This document shows, in pieces, positions 27,743-38,766 of a DNA stretch of 64,000 bases. Position numbers and translations under genes: made by a program. The notes under the pieces are model-generated. The model had not been told where the DNA came from. It saw nothing but the letters and a program-made list of their open reading frames with translations, and ran no database searches. Positions within the stretch are counted from its first letter, which is position 1, and each line of letters starts with the position of its first letter. This DNA is from Candidatus Yanofskybacteria bacterium (GTDB lineage: Bacteria; Patescibacteriota; Minisyncoccia; 2-02-FULL-40-12; GWA2-44-9), in assembly GCA_003514055.1 (NCBI GenBank), contig DOSG01000008.1, positions 121,229 through 185,228 on the forward strand. The letters are read 5' to 3'.

Positions 27743-28790
27743 AGAACATGAGAAGTATTAGAAGTCCAAAACCAATAGCATTCATGCGGCCTTCTAGCTT
27801 TTTATTTATGGGAGAACGTTTTATCTTCTCGACTAGCAGAAGTAAGGCCCGGCCACCATCGAGAGCTGGGAATGGTATAAAATTGAGAACTGCAAGATTG
27901 ATAGATATCATAGCTACGAATTGCATGAGATAGTTAAAACCGATTCTAGCCGCTGAACCAGTAAGTGTAGCAATGCCTATCGGTCCAGAAACATCTGACA
28001 TCAATTTACCGCTCACTACTAGCGTCTTAATGAGAGTATAGTATCCCATTACGGTATTGATCAATAAATAATAAGCATCGTAAACGCCACGCCAAACCGC
28101 CTCATACCAAGGATATTTAACAATTCCCGTAAGGGCTAATGATATTCCAAGAGCACCTTCGCCTGCAGGCGGATTTTTTCTAGGCTCAACGATTTTCTCA
28201 ATCACTAAGTCGCCTCTTTTGATGAGCATGGTCACCCGATTACCGGCATTATCGACTATATATGACTGCACCTCTCCAACGGAACTTGCATAGATCAGCT
28301 TATCGCCACTCTTGAATCCCACGATAGTATCCAACAGCTTGAGGCCAGACATATCTGCCGGACTCTTAGCATTAACTTGGATTATTTGGACTTGGAGATC
28401 TTTCACTTTAGACGTATCACTGCCGTCGGTCACGCCAATTCTAAGACCAAAAAAATTAACCACCATTAGAAGGAAAATGGCTAAAAATAAATTCATGACG
28501 ACTCCAGCAGAGATAACTACAAATCTTTGCCATATAGACTTCGAGGAGAAACTTCCTTCTTTATTCTTTTCTTCGCCGTCTTCTCCCAGAATCTTAACGT
28601 AGCCGCCAAATGGAATAAGATTAATGGAATATACTGTTCCACCTTTCTTTATGCTCCATAGCCGAGGCGGAAACCCAAATCCAAATTCCTCAACAGTCAT
28701 ACCTGCCCTCTTCGCAAATATAAAATGGCCAAGTTCGTGGACTAGGATTAGTATCCCGAGGACAATAATGAAAATTATAGCAGTCAGCAT
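27708..28790 (-). CDS. rseP: site-2 zinc metalloprotease RseP-like (M50)
   Basis: HELGHF motif in TM1, PDZ region, C-terminal FIPFPALDGG. Confidence 0.75.
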   Translation of the reverse strand: MLTAIIFIIVLGILILVHELGHFIFAKRAGMTVEEFGFGFPPRLWSIKKGGTVYSINLIPFGGYVKILGEDGEEKNKEGSFSSKSIWQRFVVISAGVVMNLFLAIFLLMVVNFFGLRIGVTDGSDTSKVKDLQVQIIQVNAKSPADMSGLKLLDTIVGFKSGDKLIYASSVGEVQSYIVDNAGNRVTMLIKRGDLVIEKIVEPRKNPPAGEGALGISLALTGIVKYPWYEAVWRGVYDAYYLLINTVMGYYTLIKTLVVSGKLMSDVSGPIGIATLTGSAARIGFNYLMQFVAMISINLAVLNFIPFPALDGGRALLLLVEKIKRSPINKKLEGRMNAIGFGLLILLMFYVTFRDLVKFF

Positions 28791-28934
28791 AGGTTAAGCT
28801 TAGAAATGCCAATTAGCATGTGCGGGTATGGGTTTCGAGAGGCTCTCGGAGCGCGACTGGCGCGAGAGAGAGGGTGATTTTCAGTAGAAAATACAGCCCG
28901 TACTCGAGAAATCCATACCCGCATCTGATATTTT

Positions 28935-29492
28935 TTATGACGTCATTAGCTCTTGCTCCTTCTTCTTGGCCAGCTCGTCAAACTTTTTGTTTAGATCGTC
29001 TATAATCTTTTGCAATTCATCTTTGGCTTTATAATTATCGTCTTCTCGGGCTTTCTTTTCTTTAACTTCTTGCTGAACTTTTTTTAGAATATCTTCTCTT
29101 ATCTGCCTAACCTTGATTTTACCTTCTTCTACTTTCTGGCCAAGCAATTTTATAAACTCTTTTCTTCGATCTTCTGTGAGGGCAGGCAATACGACCTTAA
29201 CACCATCCCGATCAGATGATGGGCTAAGAGACGCGGCACCATCTTTAATACCTTTCTCTATATACGGAATCGCTTGTTTGTCCCAAGGCACTATGAGAAT
29301 AACTCTAGGCTCTGGTATTGAAATCGTTGCCAACTCCTTTATCCTCATCCTTGAACCCATATATTCAACCTGAATCTCTTCCACCATGGAAGTATTCGCA
29401 CGACCAGTTCTTATCGAGGCAACTTCGTTCTTCGCATGCATAAATGCACCCTCGAAATCGCCCTTTCTTTGATTGATTAAGTCCTTATACAT
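28935..29492 (-). CDS. frr: ribosome recycling factor
   Basis: 185 aa, characteristic charged helical C-terminus (KELATISIPEPR...). Confidence 0.85.
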   Translation of the reverse strand: MYKDLINQRKGDFEGAFMHAKNEVASIRTGRANTSMVEEIQVEYMGSRMRIKELATISIPEPRVILIVPWDKQAIPYIEKGIKDGAASLSPSSDRDGVKVVLPALTEDRRKEFIKLLGQKVEEGKIKVRQIREDILKKVQQEVKEKKAREDDNYKAKDELQKIIDDLNKKFDELAKKKEQELMTS

Positions 29493-29514
29493 ATAAAGAT
29501 ATTATATCATTAAG

Positions 29515-30414
29515 CTAATCATTTTCAACATTAATGAAAAAAGTCTCGAGAGCTAGCCGATGATTAAATTGTGGTTCAGATATGATCGGGTAGAGACGGC
29601 TCAAGCCACTCAAAATCCGGACGCATAAAGCTGTCTTAGCGCCATGACTCAAATAGTTCATCCATTCATCAATACGTTGAAGGTAGTCTCCAGCTTCATA
29701 GAATTTTTTAACAAAATTGATCTTATCTGCCACGCTCATGTTGATGGCTTCGTTAAGGCTATCGATAGATCTCTTAACTCCTTTAATTTTTTCGTCGTCC
29801 ACACAATTTATTGCCCAGCCGAGACGACCATTCGCAACTCTCATTATAAAATCAGCATCTTGGCCATTAATGCCTCTCTCGTTTAAATAATCTCCTATCA
29901 TTTTATCAGCGATGGACACAAATTTAACAGATTCACATCTCGATCTTATAGTTGACAACATAGCCTGAGGTCTTGAAGATATTAACAGTAATATTGAGAA
30001 CTTGTTTGGCTCTTCTAAGATTTTAAGGATAGCGTTGGCGGCATCAGTAGTTAATCTGTCAGCATCATTTATAATTATAAATTTATATGGCCCATGATAT
30101 GGCTTTAGCGTCATGAACTTTCGCATATCCCTAGAATCATCAATATAAATCTTAGTTTCGCCGTCAATTATTTTAGGTGACAATATCTTTAGGTCAGGAT
30201 CTGCGTCAGAGATATCAGCTCGATTATTAGCCAATTTGTACACTTCCAAGGCAAAAGTTCTTTTACCGATCATCTCTTGTCCCCAAAACAAATAAGCATG
30301 GTTCATGCTGCCATCTTTAATCATGCTTTCAAAGTATTTCTTATTTTTACTGAAACCTATTGTCGCCCACTTCATAATTTCATTAAACAAGAAAAGAGCC
30401 GCCTTTGCAATCAA
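29515..30414 (-). CDS. holB: DNA polymerase III delta-prime-like clamp loader subunit
   Basis: HAYLFWGQEMIGKRTFA ... FIIINDADRLT ... STIRSRC. Confidence 0.55.
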   Translation of the reverse strand: MIAKAALFLFNEIMKWATIGFSKNKKYFESMIKDGSMNHAYLFWGQEMIGKRTFALEVYKLANNRADISDADPDLKILSPKIIDGETKIYIDDSRDMRKFMTLKPYHGPYKFIIINDADRLTTDAANAILKILEEPNKFSILLLISSRPQAMLSTIRSRCESVKFVSIADKMIGDYLNERGINGQDADFIMRVANGRLGWAINCVDDEKIKGVKRSIDSLNEAINMSVADKINFVKKFYEAGDYLQRIDEWMNYLSHGAKTALCVRILSGLSRLYPIISEPQFNHRLALETFFINVEND

Positions 30415-30441
30415 AAGCGGCTCTTTTAGATACTTATGATT

Positions 30442-30654
30442 TTACTGAGCTGGATTGAGAGGTAGATTATTATTCTCCTCTTCTGGCGTCTCTGCTCCTG
30501 ACGTAACCTTATCGGAGTTGCCCTGTTCTATGTTAGCTGGCAAATTAACATCCTCCGATACCATGGGCAAGTTCTTCGACTTATTGTCGTTGAGTGCGAC
30601 ATATATAATGACTAGCACTATTATCGCTCCTATTATTAAAGCTGTAATTAACAT
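30442..30654 (-). CDS. small single-TM protein
   Basis: MLITALIIGAIIVLVIIYVAL hydrophobic start then acidic tail. Confidence 0.3.
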   Translation of the reverse strand: MLITALIIGAIIVLVIIYVALNDNKSKNLPMVSEDVNLPANIEQGNSDKVTSGAETPEEENNNLPLNPAQ

Positions 30655-30663
30655 ATTTTCGTA

Positions 30664-31806
30664 TTAACGATCGTTATTGTTTAATAACAAAATTTGTTCG
30701 GCGACCTTATCAGCGGCATCGACCAATGCAAATGATTTTATTTTCTCGCTGACATTGAGATAATTTTCTGGATTTAATAAATTCTCAATTTGATTGAGTA
30801 TTATATGCGGCGTTAAATTCTGCTCTTCGATCATAACCGCACCAGACTGGCTGAACTCCTTCGCATTTAAAAACTGGTGGTTTGAGGCTGAATTTCCGAG
30901 GGGAATAATGATGGCAGGTTTTCCAAGTGCGGCAATCTCAAATATATTAGCTGCACCCGCACGAGAGATTATTATATCGGCGACCGCATAAGCCAATCTC
31001 ATCTCTGAAACTCCAAAGAATGGATAGAGACGATAATTATTCTTAATCAAATCGGCATAATGAGTTTCACCTTCTTTCGTTATCTTCTCAACCTCGGACT
31101 TCACAACGTCCAATTGACCGTCCCCGCATTGATGGATAATTTGATAATCCTTGGCAATTATGACCAAGGACTGAGTGATCGTATCGTTTATGATTTTAGC
31201 TCCCTGGCTTCCGCCCAAGACTAAGATAACCTTCTTGTCCGATTTTAGATTAAACGCTTTAAGAGCTTCTTCTTTGCTACCATTTAATAAATCAGTCCTT
31301 ACAGGATTACCGGTTAGAATGGCTTTATCTTTCACAAAATAGTCTCCAGCAGATTTGAAAGATATAAATATCCCATTTGCCATTTTGCCAATCCATCTAT
31401 TCGTTAGTCCTGGAACCGCATCCGAATCATGGGTCAAAAGTGGTATTGCGTATATTTTTGCCACAATCGCAGGAATAAAAGACGCATATCCCCCCTTGGT
31501 AAAAACCACATCTGGCATAAACCAGAATATATACCAAAGAGATTGGATAAAACCGATAGGCATCTTCAAGATATCAAGGAGATTGAGGAAGCTAAGATAT
31601 CTGCGAAATTTGCCAGCCACCACGCTTTTAAATTTAAGCGAGTTATCGATGCAAGCATCCCTCAGCATCTTTCCGTCTCCCAACACTAATAAATCTAAAT
31701 CAGCTCCTGACTGTTGAGCTTTGTTCTGTAACGAATTGGCCACTGCTATCAATGGAAAAACATGGCCACCCGTACCGCCACCGACTAATAAAATTCTAAA
31801 AGCCAT
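30664..31806 (-). CDS. murG: undecaprenyl-PP-MurNAc-pentapeptide UDP-GlcNAc transferase
   Basis: LLVGGGTGGHVFPLIAVANSL N-terminal G-loop and GT28 C-domain. Confidence 0.8.
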   Translation of the reverse strand: MAFRILLVGGGTGGHVFPLIAVANSLQNKAQQSGADLDLLVLGDGKMLRDACIDNSLKFKSVVAGKFRRYLSFLNLLDILKMPIGFIQSLWYIFWFMPDVVFTKGGYASFIPAIVAKIYAIPLLTHDSDAVPGLTNRWIGKMANGIFISFKSAGDYFVKDKAILTGNPVRTDLLNGSKEEALKAFNLKSDKKVILVLGGSQGAKIINDTITQSLVIIAKDYQIIHQCGDGQLDVVKSEVEKITKEGETHYADLIKNNYRLYPFFGVSEMRLAYAVADIIISRAGAANIFEIAALGKPAIIIPLGNSASNHQFLNAKEFSQSGAVMIEEQNLTPHIILNQIENLLNPENYLNVSEKIKSFALVDAADKVAEQILLLNNNDR

Positions 31807-31843
31807 ATGTTATTTATATATTATCAGAATAATCAACGACCAA

Positions 31844-32947
31844 CTATGGCTGGAGCACGTCATCCTTACTGCCATCGATTAGAATATCTACCTTTTTCAC
31901 TGAGCTAAATTGTTTTATCGTGTTCTCTATCTGCGATCTTATCGCAGCAACCTTGCAAGATCCACCACCATACGCAGATAGGGCCGAGTTGAAATCGATT
32001 GTGGCCAATCCATTCTCTATGACTAGCTTATTTATCTCTACCCTAGGAACCTGAGGTATGGAGCTAAAATAGCCAGCTCTACCTTCATCAGTTAGCACGC
32101 CCCTAATTAGCTCCTCGAGAGCTGTCCTACCCGGAGCCTCAGACTTGGGGACTCTTCTCTCGACTGGATATGTTCTAGCGCAATAATCAGCCCTGGGATC
32201 TTTCTTAGAATTAGAGAAATAGACCTTTAAAATCTGCGCTTCTACGTTCTCGAATTTAATCGGAGAAGAAACTAAGTTTTCAATTGATCCGTCTTTGGCG
32301 CTGTAATTGAAAGCCTCAACATATCCCGTACTAGCTGTCGGCTCGCTGTAATTTAAATCAATAGCAAAGACTCCGTATTTGCCCATATCGGGGCTATTAG
32401 CCATGGTAAATGCCTCTGCAAGTACCTTGCCGTTACTATCTTTAACTCGAACGTTCAGATTATTTTCAAAAACCCTTGCAACGCCCCTTATCTCAACCGG
32501 AAGACCAGCCTCGTCTCCACTTCTGGGACTCATTAAGATTATATTTGGAGATTTAGTCACCCTAAGCTCAGTGACGATTAACTTATCTTCCGCAACCACG
32601 CTACCCTTCCCAGAGACCTCAAAAGATTCGTACAAATCACTTATTGGGATATCCATCCCTGATCCGTCGAATAGTTTTGCTTCCGCATGAAGCACGAGCT
32701 CGATCTTAGAATCAGATAACTCAATAAATATTACGCCACCATCAATATCGACTTTCGATATGGTCCCGTTGAATTCTCTAATTTCCCCGCAAACTCCAGC
32801 CGGCTTGGCCTTAGAAGGATTACCATGCTTAACCCATTCCCCAGATTGACATACCCAAGAATCTTCGCCACTCCATAAGCGCATACCAAATAGGATAGCC
32901 ATTCCAGCCACGATCAAGAATACGACCAGGGCAATAAATTTTTTCAT
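31844..32947 (-). CDS. secreted/membrane-anchored hypothetical protein (GerMN-like C-terminus)
   Basis: N-terminal TM then beta-rich domains; C-terminal AAIRSQIENTIKQFSSVKKVDILIDGS resembles GerMN/Gmad2. Confidence 0.3.
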   Translation of the reverse strand: MKKFIALVVFLIVAGMAILFGMRLWSGEDSWVCQSGEWVKHGNPSKAKPAGVCGEIREFNGTISKVDIDGGVIFIELSDSKIELVLHAEAKLFDGSGMDIPISDLYESFEVSGKGSVVAEDKLIVTELRVTKSPNIILMSPRSGDEAGLPVEIRGVARVFENNLNVRVKDSNGKVLAEAFTMANSPDMGKYGVFAIDLNYSEPTASTGYVEAFNYSAKDGSIENLVSSPIKFENVEAQILKVYFSNSKKDPRADYCARTYPVERRVPKSEAPGRTALEELIRGVLTDEGRAGYFSSIPQVPRVEINKLVIENGLATIDFNSALSAYGGGSCKVAAIRSQIENTIKQFSSVKKVDILIDGSKDDVLQP

Positions 32948-32968
32948 GATTTTTAAATTATTTTTATA

Positions 32969-33592
32969 TTAAGATTCTGAGCCACGATCTGGCTGAGGTT
33001 TAACATCATCACGCTTGACTCGTTTTTTAATATCATCAAATATTCTGATTTGTTGAACAGCGCCGAAAAGGGCAATAATACCACCAATTATAAACACGGC
33101 CTGGAATCCAAATTTTTGAGCAAGGAATCCGCCCAGAGCGGCGGCAATAGCACCGGAAATACCTATGGCCACAGAGTCCATAGACCATTCAACATTTTCT
33201 TTCAACTTGTCCAAATGCCTAGAGAAAATAGCATACCAAGGAGGTATAGAGAAAGCTGCCCCGATTCCATATAGAGCCTGGATAATATATATATGAATCG
33301 GAGTCTTTGCAAAGAGATACAGAAAAGGAATGATGCCGACAATAGCGCTTCCAAATATCATTGAATAGAAATCATCTCTCTCGCCATGATTTCTATCTAG
33401 TATCCTAGAAACCGGGATTTGAAAACCGACTTTAAAAACTTGAAAGATTGCGGCGGCGAAACCGATGACCTCCAAAGAGCCCTGGATTTGATTAGTAACA
33501 AATATCGCGAACACTGGAGCGAATATACTAAAGCCAGAGTTTATAAAAAAATCTGATACAACTAGTGTTCTTATAACATGATTAACCTTCAC
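32969..33592 (-). CDS. 6-TM membrane protein (MFS-like half)
   Basis: Hydrophobicity pattern; 207 aa. Confidence 0.3.
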   Translation of the reverse strand: MKVNHVIRTLVVSDFFINSGFSIFAPVFAIFVTNQIQGSLEVIGFAAAIFQVFKVGFQIPVSRILDRNHGERDDFYSMIFGSAIVGIIPFLYLFAKTPIHIYIIQALYGIGAAFSIPPWYAIFSRHLDKLKENVEWSMDSVAIGISGAIAAALGGFLAQKFGFQAVFIIGGIIALFGAVQQIRIFDDIKKRVKRDDVKPQPDRGSES

Positions 33593-33663
33593 ATATCCAT
33601 TCTAGCAATAAACGAAAAAATGGCCAACGGCCATTTCTAGAACACAACATTAGTTGGATGGTA

Positions 33664-34860
33664 TTAGAGCCTAGGCAATCCCCAACCCGTCGATCCATCG
33701 TCAGCTGAAGATATTTTCTGTGAAAACTCCTTAAGTAATTCAAAAGTAGAAACTGCTGGATTCTTGTCATCTTTCTGCCAAAGCTTAGTTGCCAAGCCAG
33801 CAACATGCGCGGCGGCCATAGATGTGCCAGACGACACGACATAGCCACCATCTCTAGACAAAGATTCTATGCCGACTCCAGGAGCCACGAAATTGACATA
33901 ACCGTCCTCATTGACATTCGTCTCTTTATCTTCGTCTTCGCCTCTAGCGCTCCAATCCGGCACTTTGTCGCTAAAATCAATAGCACCCACAGAGACAACG
34001 CTTTTGTCTGTCGCAGGATAATCAATACTTCCAGCATACGGACCATCGTTGCCCGCAGCGGCTACGAATAAAACATTTTTGCCAATGCCATAAGCTATTG
34101 CGTCTCGGATCAAATTACTTTCGATATCTGAACCCAATCCCAATACTATAACGTTAACCTTTTGATCAACCGCTGTTATAATCCCGGCTGCGACATCGTC
34201 AGCCCAGCAAGAACCATTGTCTAAGCAGACCTTATAAGCGTAGAGTTCCGCCTCTGGAGCCATGCCCCAAATACCATTGCCCTCGCTACCACCATTGGCA
34301 AGAATAATACCGGCCATGTGAGTACCATGTCCATTGTTATCGTCGCATTTATCCTCAATCATGGGCTTCGATCCTGTAAAGTCTCTGCATTCTTTAATTT
34401 TAATATCAGGATGTTTTGCAACGCCAGTATCTAAGACAGCAACCTTCACGCCATCTCCACCAGAAGATTTAGTTATAGTTGGATCGCTATATAAAGTTTT
34501 TACTCCCCAAGGGATACTATCTACCGGAGCTTGATAAGCGGCCTTTAATTTAGGGGCAACCTTAGTTTCTAGAATATTTAGCCTATTAACTGACGTAATC
34601 TCAACGCCAAATATTTTAGTTAGTCTAAGCTGCCAATCGGTTAAATCAGCGGTGAAACCCACATCAAAAATCTGCCTTACATTGAAGGATTTCTTCCAAA
34701 AAGAAGCGTTCGATTTTACTAAATAGCGAGTATTGTTAGCCGCTGCATTAGCGCCAAATGCTACCCCAAATACTGCAATAATGGCTAAAACAGGCACTAT
34801 TCTCTTTATATTCATGTATGGATCTATTTTACCACATCGCCACCCCCTAGGGCAATCCAC
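33664..34860 (-). CDS. subtilisin-like serine protease (peptidase S8)
   Basis: Catalytic triad contexts VAVLDTGV (Asp), HGTHMAGII (His), SGTSMAAAHVAG (Ser). Likely true start at the internal MNIKR (about 34815) preceding a signal peptide. Confidence 0.8.
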   Translation of the reverse strand: MDCPRGWRCGKIDPYMNIKRIVPVLAIIAVFGVAFGANAAANNTRYLVKSNASFWKKSFNVRQIFDVGFTADLTDWQLRLTKIFGVEITSVNRLNILETKVAPKLKAAYQAPVDSIPWGVKTLYSDPTITKSSGGDGVKVAVLDTGVAKHPDIKIKECRDFTGSKPMIEDKCDDNNGHGTHMAGIILANGGSEGNGIWGMAPEAELYAYKVCLDNGSCWADDVAAGIITAVDQKVNVIVLGLGSDIESNLIRDAIAYGIGKNVLFVAAAGNDGPYAGSIDYPATDKSVVSVGAIDFSDKVPDWSARGEDEDKETNVNEDGYVNFVAPGVGIESLSRDGGYVVSSGTSMAAAHVAGLATKLWQKDDKNPAVSTFELLKEFSQKISSADDGSTGWGLPRL

Positions 34861-34863
34861 AGC

Positions 34864-35571
34864 CTACTTGCTTTTTGCGTCATTATTTTTTGTCATTTCT
34901 TCAGTAGAAAGTAGTTTGTCTATGCCATCCACAACTAGATCGCCTATTTCTTTAATCTTCTCGTTCGCTCTGAAAATCTTCTCAAAAATTTTATTCGTGA
35001 ATTTAAATATCAGATAACAAACGGTAACAATTAGAATTAAACCCAGCAAGACCATAGTCGCATTAGCGACGTATTGAAAGATATATCTGAAACCCTCTCC
35101 AAAGAAATATCCGAAACCAATCGTTATGGCGGCCCAACCGATGCCACCTATTAAATTATAGAGGCTAAACTTCTTTAAATTGTATTTTAGCATCCCCGCC
35201 GTAATCAATGTGGCCACAGTGAAAGAGACGGTCATTCTCGTAAAAATTATGGCCTTACCGCTATGCTCTGTAAAATAAGTCCTAACCCATCCCACGATTC
35301 TCTTGCCGCTCTTAGTCTTGCGTGCCCAATAATCCAAAGTTTTAGCACCGGCAAAATAACCAATTCCATACCACATAAAACCATTTACGAATTGCCCGGC
35401 GATAGTAACCAAAAACGTGGGGATAAAACTTAAGCCACCGACACCTACCAAGAATCCGGCCAATATCTGCGTATTAAAACCCTCGATGGCAGCGCCAGCA
35501 AAAACAAAAAAATATTTGTGAGAAAATAGAACTGGAAAATTATCTTTTAGAAAATAGAAAATTGTTTCCAT
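34864..35571 (-). CDS. DedA/SNARE-associated (VTT domain) membrane protein
   Basis: FMWYGIGYFAGAKTLDYWARK core typical of the DedA family. Confidence 0.55.
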   Translation of the reverse strand: METIFYFLKDNFPVLFSHKYFFVFAGAAIEGFNTQILAGFLVGVGGLSFIPTFLVTIAGQFVNGFMWYGIGYFAGAKTLDYWARKTKSGKRIVGWVRTYFTEHSGKAIIFTRMTVSFTVATLITAGMLKYNLKKFSLYNLIGGIGWAAITIGFGYFFGEGFRYIFQYVANATMVLLGLILIVTVCYLIFKFTNKIFEKIFRANEKIKEIGDLVVDGIDKLLSTEEMTKNNDAKSK

Positions 35572-36167
35572 TAAGACTTCTTTAGTATCCGAAAATCAGA
35601 TTTTAGAACAGATTTGGTGTTAGAATTATAGATTGCTACGGCTGGATGATAGAGTGGGACGATCCTAACCTTACCATATGAGGCATCGGTTTCAAACACC
35701 TTGCCGTGCATCTGACTAATGGGCTTTAGATGCGACTCTAAGCCGAATCTTTTCATAATATATTCCATAGAAAATCTACCCAAAGTAGCAATCGTTTTGG
35801 GTCTAATTATTTCCAACTGCCTATCTAGAAATGGACCATATATTTCTATTTCTCCCGGTAGTGGATCTCTATTTAGCGGCGGCCGATCCTTAACAATATT
35901 CGTCACGTATACATCCGCTCGATCAATACTAGCTGAGGCCAATAGCTCATTCAATATCCTGCCCGAAGCGCCACAAAACGGCTTACCAGTCGCAGCTTCA
36001 TTTTTTCCAGGAGCTTCGCCAATAAATACAATCTCTGCATAATGACTACCTTCGCCAATTACTGGAAAAACATTATTTTTAATCCTTTCGGCATAAAGAG
36101 GAGACTCCTTCAGGGCCATGATCTCGTCTTTTATTATACGTAATAGCTCATCTCTATCCTCTGACAT
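35571..36167 (-). CDS. uracil-DNA glycosylase, family 4
   Basis: FIGEAPGKNEAATGKPFCGASGRILNELL motif. Confidence 0.7.
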   Translation of the reverse strand: MSEDRDELLRIIKDEIMALKESPLYAERIKNNVFPVIGEGSHYAEIVFIGEAPGKNEAATGKPFCGASGRILNELLASASIDRADVYVTNIVKDRPPLNRDPLPGEIEIYGPFLDRQLEIIRPKTIATLGRFSMEYIMKRFGLESHLKPISQMHGKVFETDASYGKVRIVPLYHPAVAIYNSNTKSVLKSDFRILKKS

Positions 36168-36217
36168 ATGTACTTAATACTATTTTATTAGAGCGCAGAT
36201 CGCAAGTATTTTTGTCA

Positions 36218-37540
36218 CTAGCCCATAATTAGTTTCTTCGAACTAATTAGACCAGCTACCAGCCAGAAGACTAATCTCCCCTGCTGTAGAGTCCAAAAGA
36301 AATGATCGAATAGTCCGATTAAGAGCAATGATCCAAAAAGTATTATAAAAGAATAGTGGTACATTTTTTTAAACCTAGTATCCAGGACATACTCGCCGAT
36401 TATTAAAACCAAAAAGGCTATGAACAATATGCAGCCGATCAAGCCGACTTCGTTATACGCCAGTAGATAAATGTTATGCACGGGCTGGTAGTAATAACTT
36501 GGGAGATGCGGGCTCTCGTACATAAGCCATGGTACAAAATTGCCCAGACCATATCCAACTATATTGATATCCGAGCTCAGAGATTCTTCAGCGTAAAATA
36601 ATCGCATCTGCACGGCCTCCTCCTCGTAAGACATAGTGATTCTACTAAGTACGCTCGGCCAATATAAAACGCTCACCATGAGAATTACCAAGAGCGTTGA
36701 AGCCAGGATGAGCTTCAGCTTAATTTTGTTCTCGGATTTAGCCCAAAACAGCTCTCGAAAATTAGTCTTAAAAGCTAAGAGCCCTCCTCGCAAAACAAAT
36801 CCTAATGCCCAAAAGAAAATAATTGTTCTCGAGAACGTCAGCAGTAATCCAAGTAAAAGAATGCTATGAATCGTAAACAATATATAATTCATTCCGTTCT
36901 TCGCAGTATCACGATAGGACCAATAATTATACAAACAATAGATGGCCAAAAATAGAAAAATTGCCAAAACATTTGGATGAGGCGTAGTTCCATAAGCCCT
37001 GATAATTCTTTCTCCGACAGTATTTGTGAATATCGCCACGCCATTCATATATAGGCCCAGAGGACTTTCACCTAGATATCTAAGTCCCAGATCTCCTTGT
37101 TTTAAGAATTGAGCAATGGCTATGATCGATTGCAACAATCCACCTGCTACAATTGCGACCAATCCCCTGGAAAAGTTGAATCTGGATGTGGCATAATTTT
37201 TTATATAGAAATACAGACCGATAAACTCTATTAGCTTAATAAGTTGGAATATCGCCACGCCTCGATCTAGAGATTTAAAAATCGATAATGCGCCTATAAC
37301 GACAAGCCCAAACAACACGTACGATGGCTTATCGATCTTTGGATAAAATCTATAATTATTCTTGGCCCATAAATATATCGCCACTATTAACAATAAGCAC
37401 AAGATTATATCACTTAGGTACACGGACATAGATAACCATTCATTGTAGCGCCATCCCGGGTAGTAAAAAATCTTCCTCGTCTGAAGTGGAATAGAAAATA
37501 AGAATATGTAGAATAGATACCTCTCTAATTTATCCAACAT
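36218..37540 (-). CDS. polytopic membrane protein, possible O-antigen ligase/polymerase (Wzy_C-like)
   Basis: 440 aa, 10-12 TM with a large periplasmic loop; assignment by architecture only. Confidence 0.3.
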   Translation of the reverse strand: MLDKLERYLFYIFLFSIPLQTRKIFYYPGWRYNEWLSMSVYLSDIILCLLLIVAIYLWAKNNYRFYPKIDKPSYVLFGLVVIGALSIFKSLDRGVAIFQLIKLIEFIGLYFYIKNYATSRFNFSRGLVAIVAGGLLQSIIAIAQFLKQGDLGLRYLGESPLGLYMNGVAIFTNTVGERIIRAYGTTPHPNVLAIFLFLAIYCLYNYWSYRDTAKNGMNYILFTIHSILLLGLLLTFSRTIIFFWALGFVLRGGLLAFKTNFRELFWAKSENKIKLKLILASTLLVILMVSVLYWPSVLSRITMSYEEEAVQMRLFYAEESLSSDINIVGYGLGNFVPWLMYESPHLPSYYYQPVHNIYLLAYNEVGLIGCILFIAFLVLIIGEYVLDTRFKKMYHYSFIILFGSLLLIGLFDHFFWTLQQGRLVFWLVAGLISSKKLIMG

Positions 37541-38702
37541 CTAAAAATAATTTCAGAATAGCTCCTAAAGCAAAAAGGAGCATCATGCCATATAAAATCC
37601 AGTGCGGCATGGACAATCTGGACTCTGGTACTCGATTACCCTTTTTCTTCGCTTTTAAATATATATAAATTATTACTATCGCTTCAAAACCCAAGGCAAC
37701 AGCCCCACCTAAACCGATGACGCTTACAAAATCACGCAAACCAAGGAAATAAAGAACAATTGGCGGCGCCACGACCAACAGCCAAGACCAGAATCTGTTA
37801 AAGCCAAAATCGAGAGTAAATATCTCCTGGAAAGCTGATCCCAGCATCAGGAAACAACTGCCTATAGCCAAAATACCAAATAAAGAGCACAGAACCATCA
37901 TCTTATCGCCAAGGATGATGAACAAATCAGCTATAGAATCATCGCCGGCAGATCCACCAGTTACCCCAACAACGCCAATAACGAAAAGAAGAAAAAGCAC
38001 CGCCACGAAAATCATGGCAATCAATATAGCCTTAAATAGCTTCTTCTCTTGTCCCTTTAATATCTGCCGCTGGATTGGAATTGCGCTTAAACCACCAAAA
38101 GCAAATAATAAAACGCCATACGGCAAAAACCAGTACCGAGAGGTCGAGGAAAAATCTATTAAATGGCCCAAATCTATCTTGGGAATACTAAAACCCAAGA
38201 TGATGATTACAATTCCTAAGAAAAGTATAGAAAACGCTATCTCTAAAAAAGAGATTCTCTTGATGCCCATAAGCAAAATTGCCGAGAATACGACAACGAA
38301 TAAAATACTATAGAAATCAATCGACTGATAGAAGAAAAAAGAGAAAATATTACTTAAAAATTGTCCGGATATCAACATGTAGGCCAATAGGCCGGCGTAA
38401 CCATTCAAAGCAGCCGAGAAGAAAAGGGCTCGTCTTAGGCCCTTCCCTGCATACATCTCAGCATAGCCGACCAGCTGATGATCTTCTTTGGTCCTAAGTA
38501 TTATCTCGGCATACATTAGATCAACAAGAAGCACTAGTCCACCAACGAAGAAGAGGAATGCGACTCCGACCACAAAACCAGCTCTGCTGAAAGCTAAGGG
38601 CAAGCCAAATAATCCAACGCCAACCATAGCGCCAATCAGAACTGACGTGGCCGAAATAAGCTGCCTATTTCCTTTTATCCAATTTAGATACTGCACAATC
38701 AT
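37530..38702 (-). CDS. amino-acid permease-like transporter
   Basis: 11 TM; GAMVGVGLFGLPLAF resembles the aromatic/hydroxy amino acid permease family. Confidence 0.4.
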   Translation of the reverse strand: MIVQYLNWIKGNRQLISATSVLIGAMVGVGLFGLPLAFSRAGFVVGVAFLFFVGGLVLLVDLMYAEIILRTKEDHQLVGYAEMYAGKGLRRALFFSAALNGYAGLLAYMLISGQFLSNIFSFFFYQSIDFYSILFVVVFSAILLMGIKRISFLEIAFSILFLGIVIIILGFSIPKIDLGHLIDFSSTSRYWFLPYGVLLFAFGGLSAIPIQRQILKGQEKKLFKAILIAMIFVAVLFLLFVIGVVGVTGGSAGDDSIADLFIILGDKMMVLCSLFGILAIGSCFLMLGSAFQEIFTLDFGFNRFWSWLLVVAPPIVLYFLGLRDFVSVIGLGGAVALGFEAIVIIYIYLKAKKKGNRVPESRLSMPHWILYGMMLLFALGAILKLFLDVG

Positions 38703-38766
38703 TAAATTATATCAGGGAATAAGATAAACAAAAAACGGCCGCCTGGCCGTTTTTTGTTTATCTCGT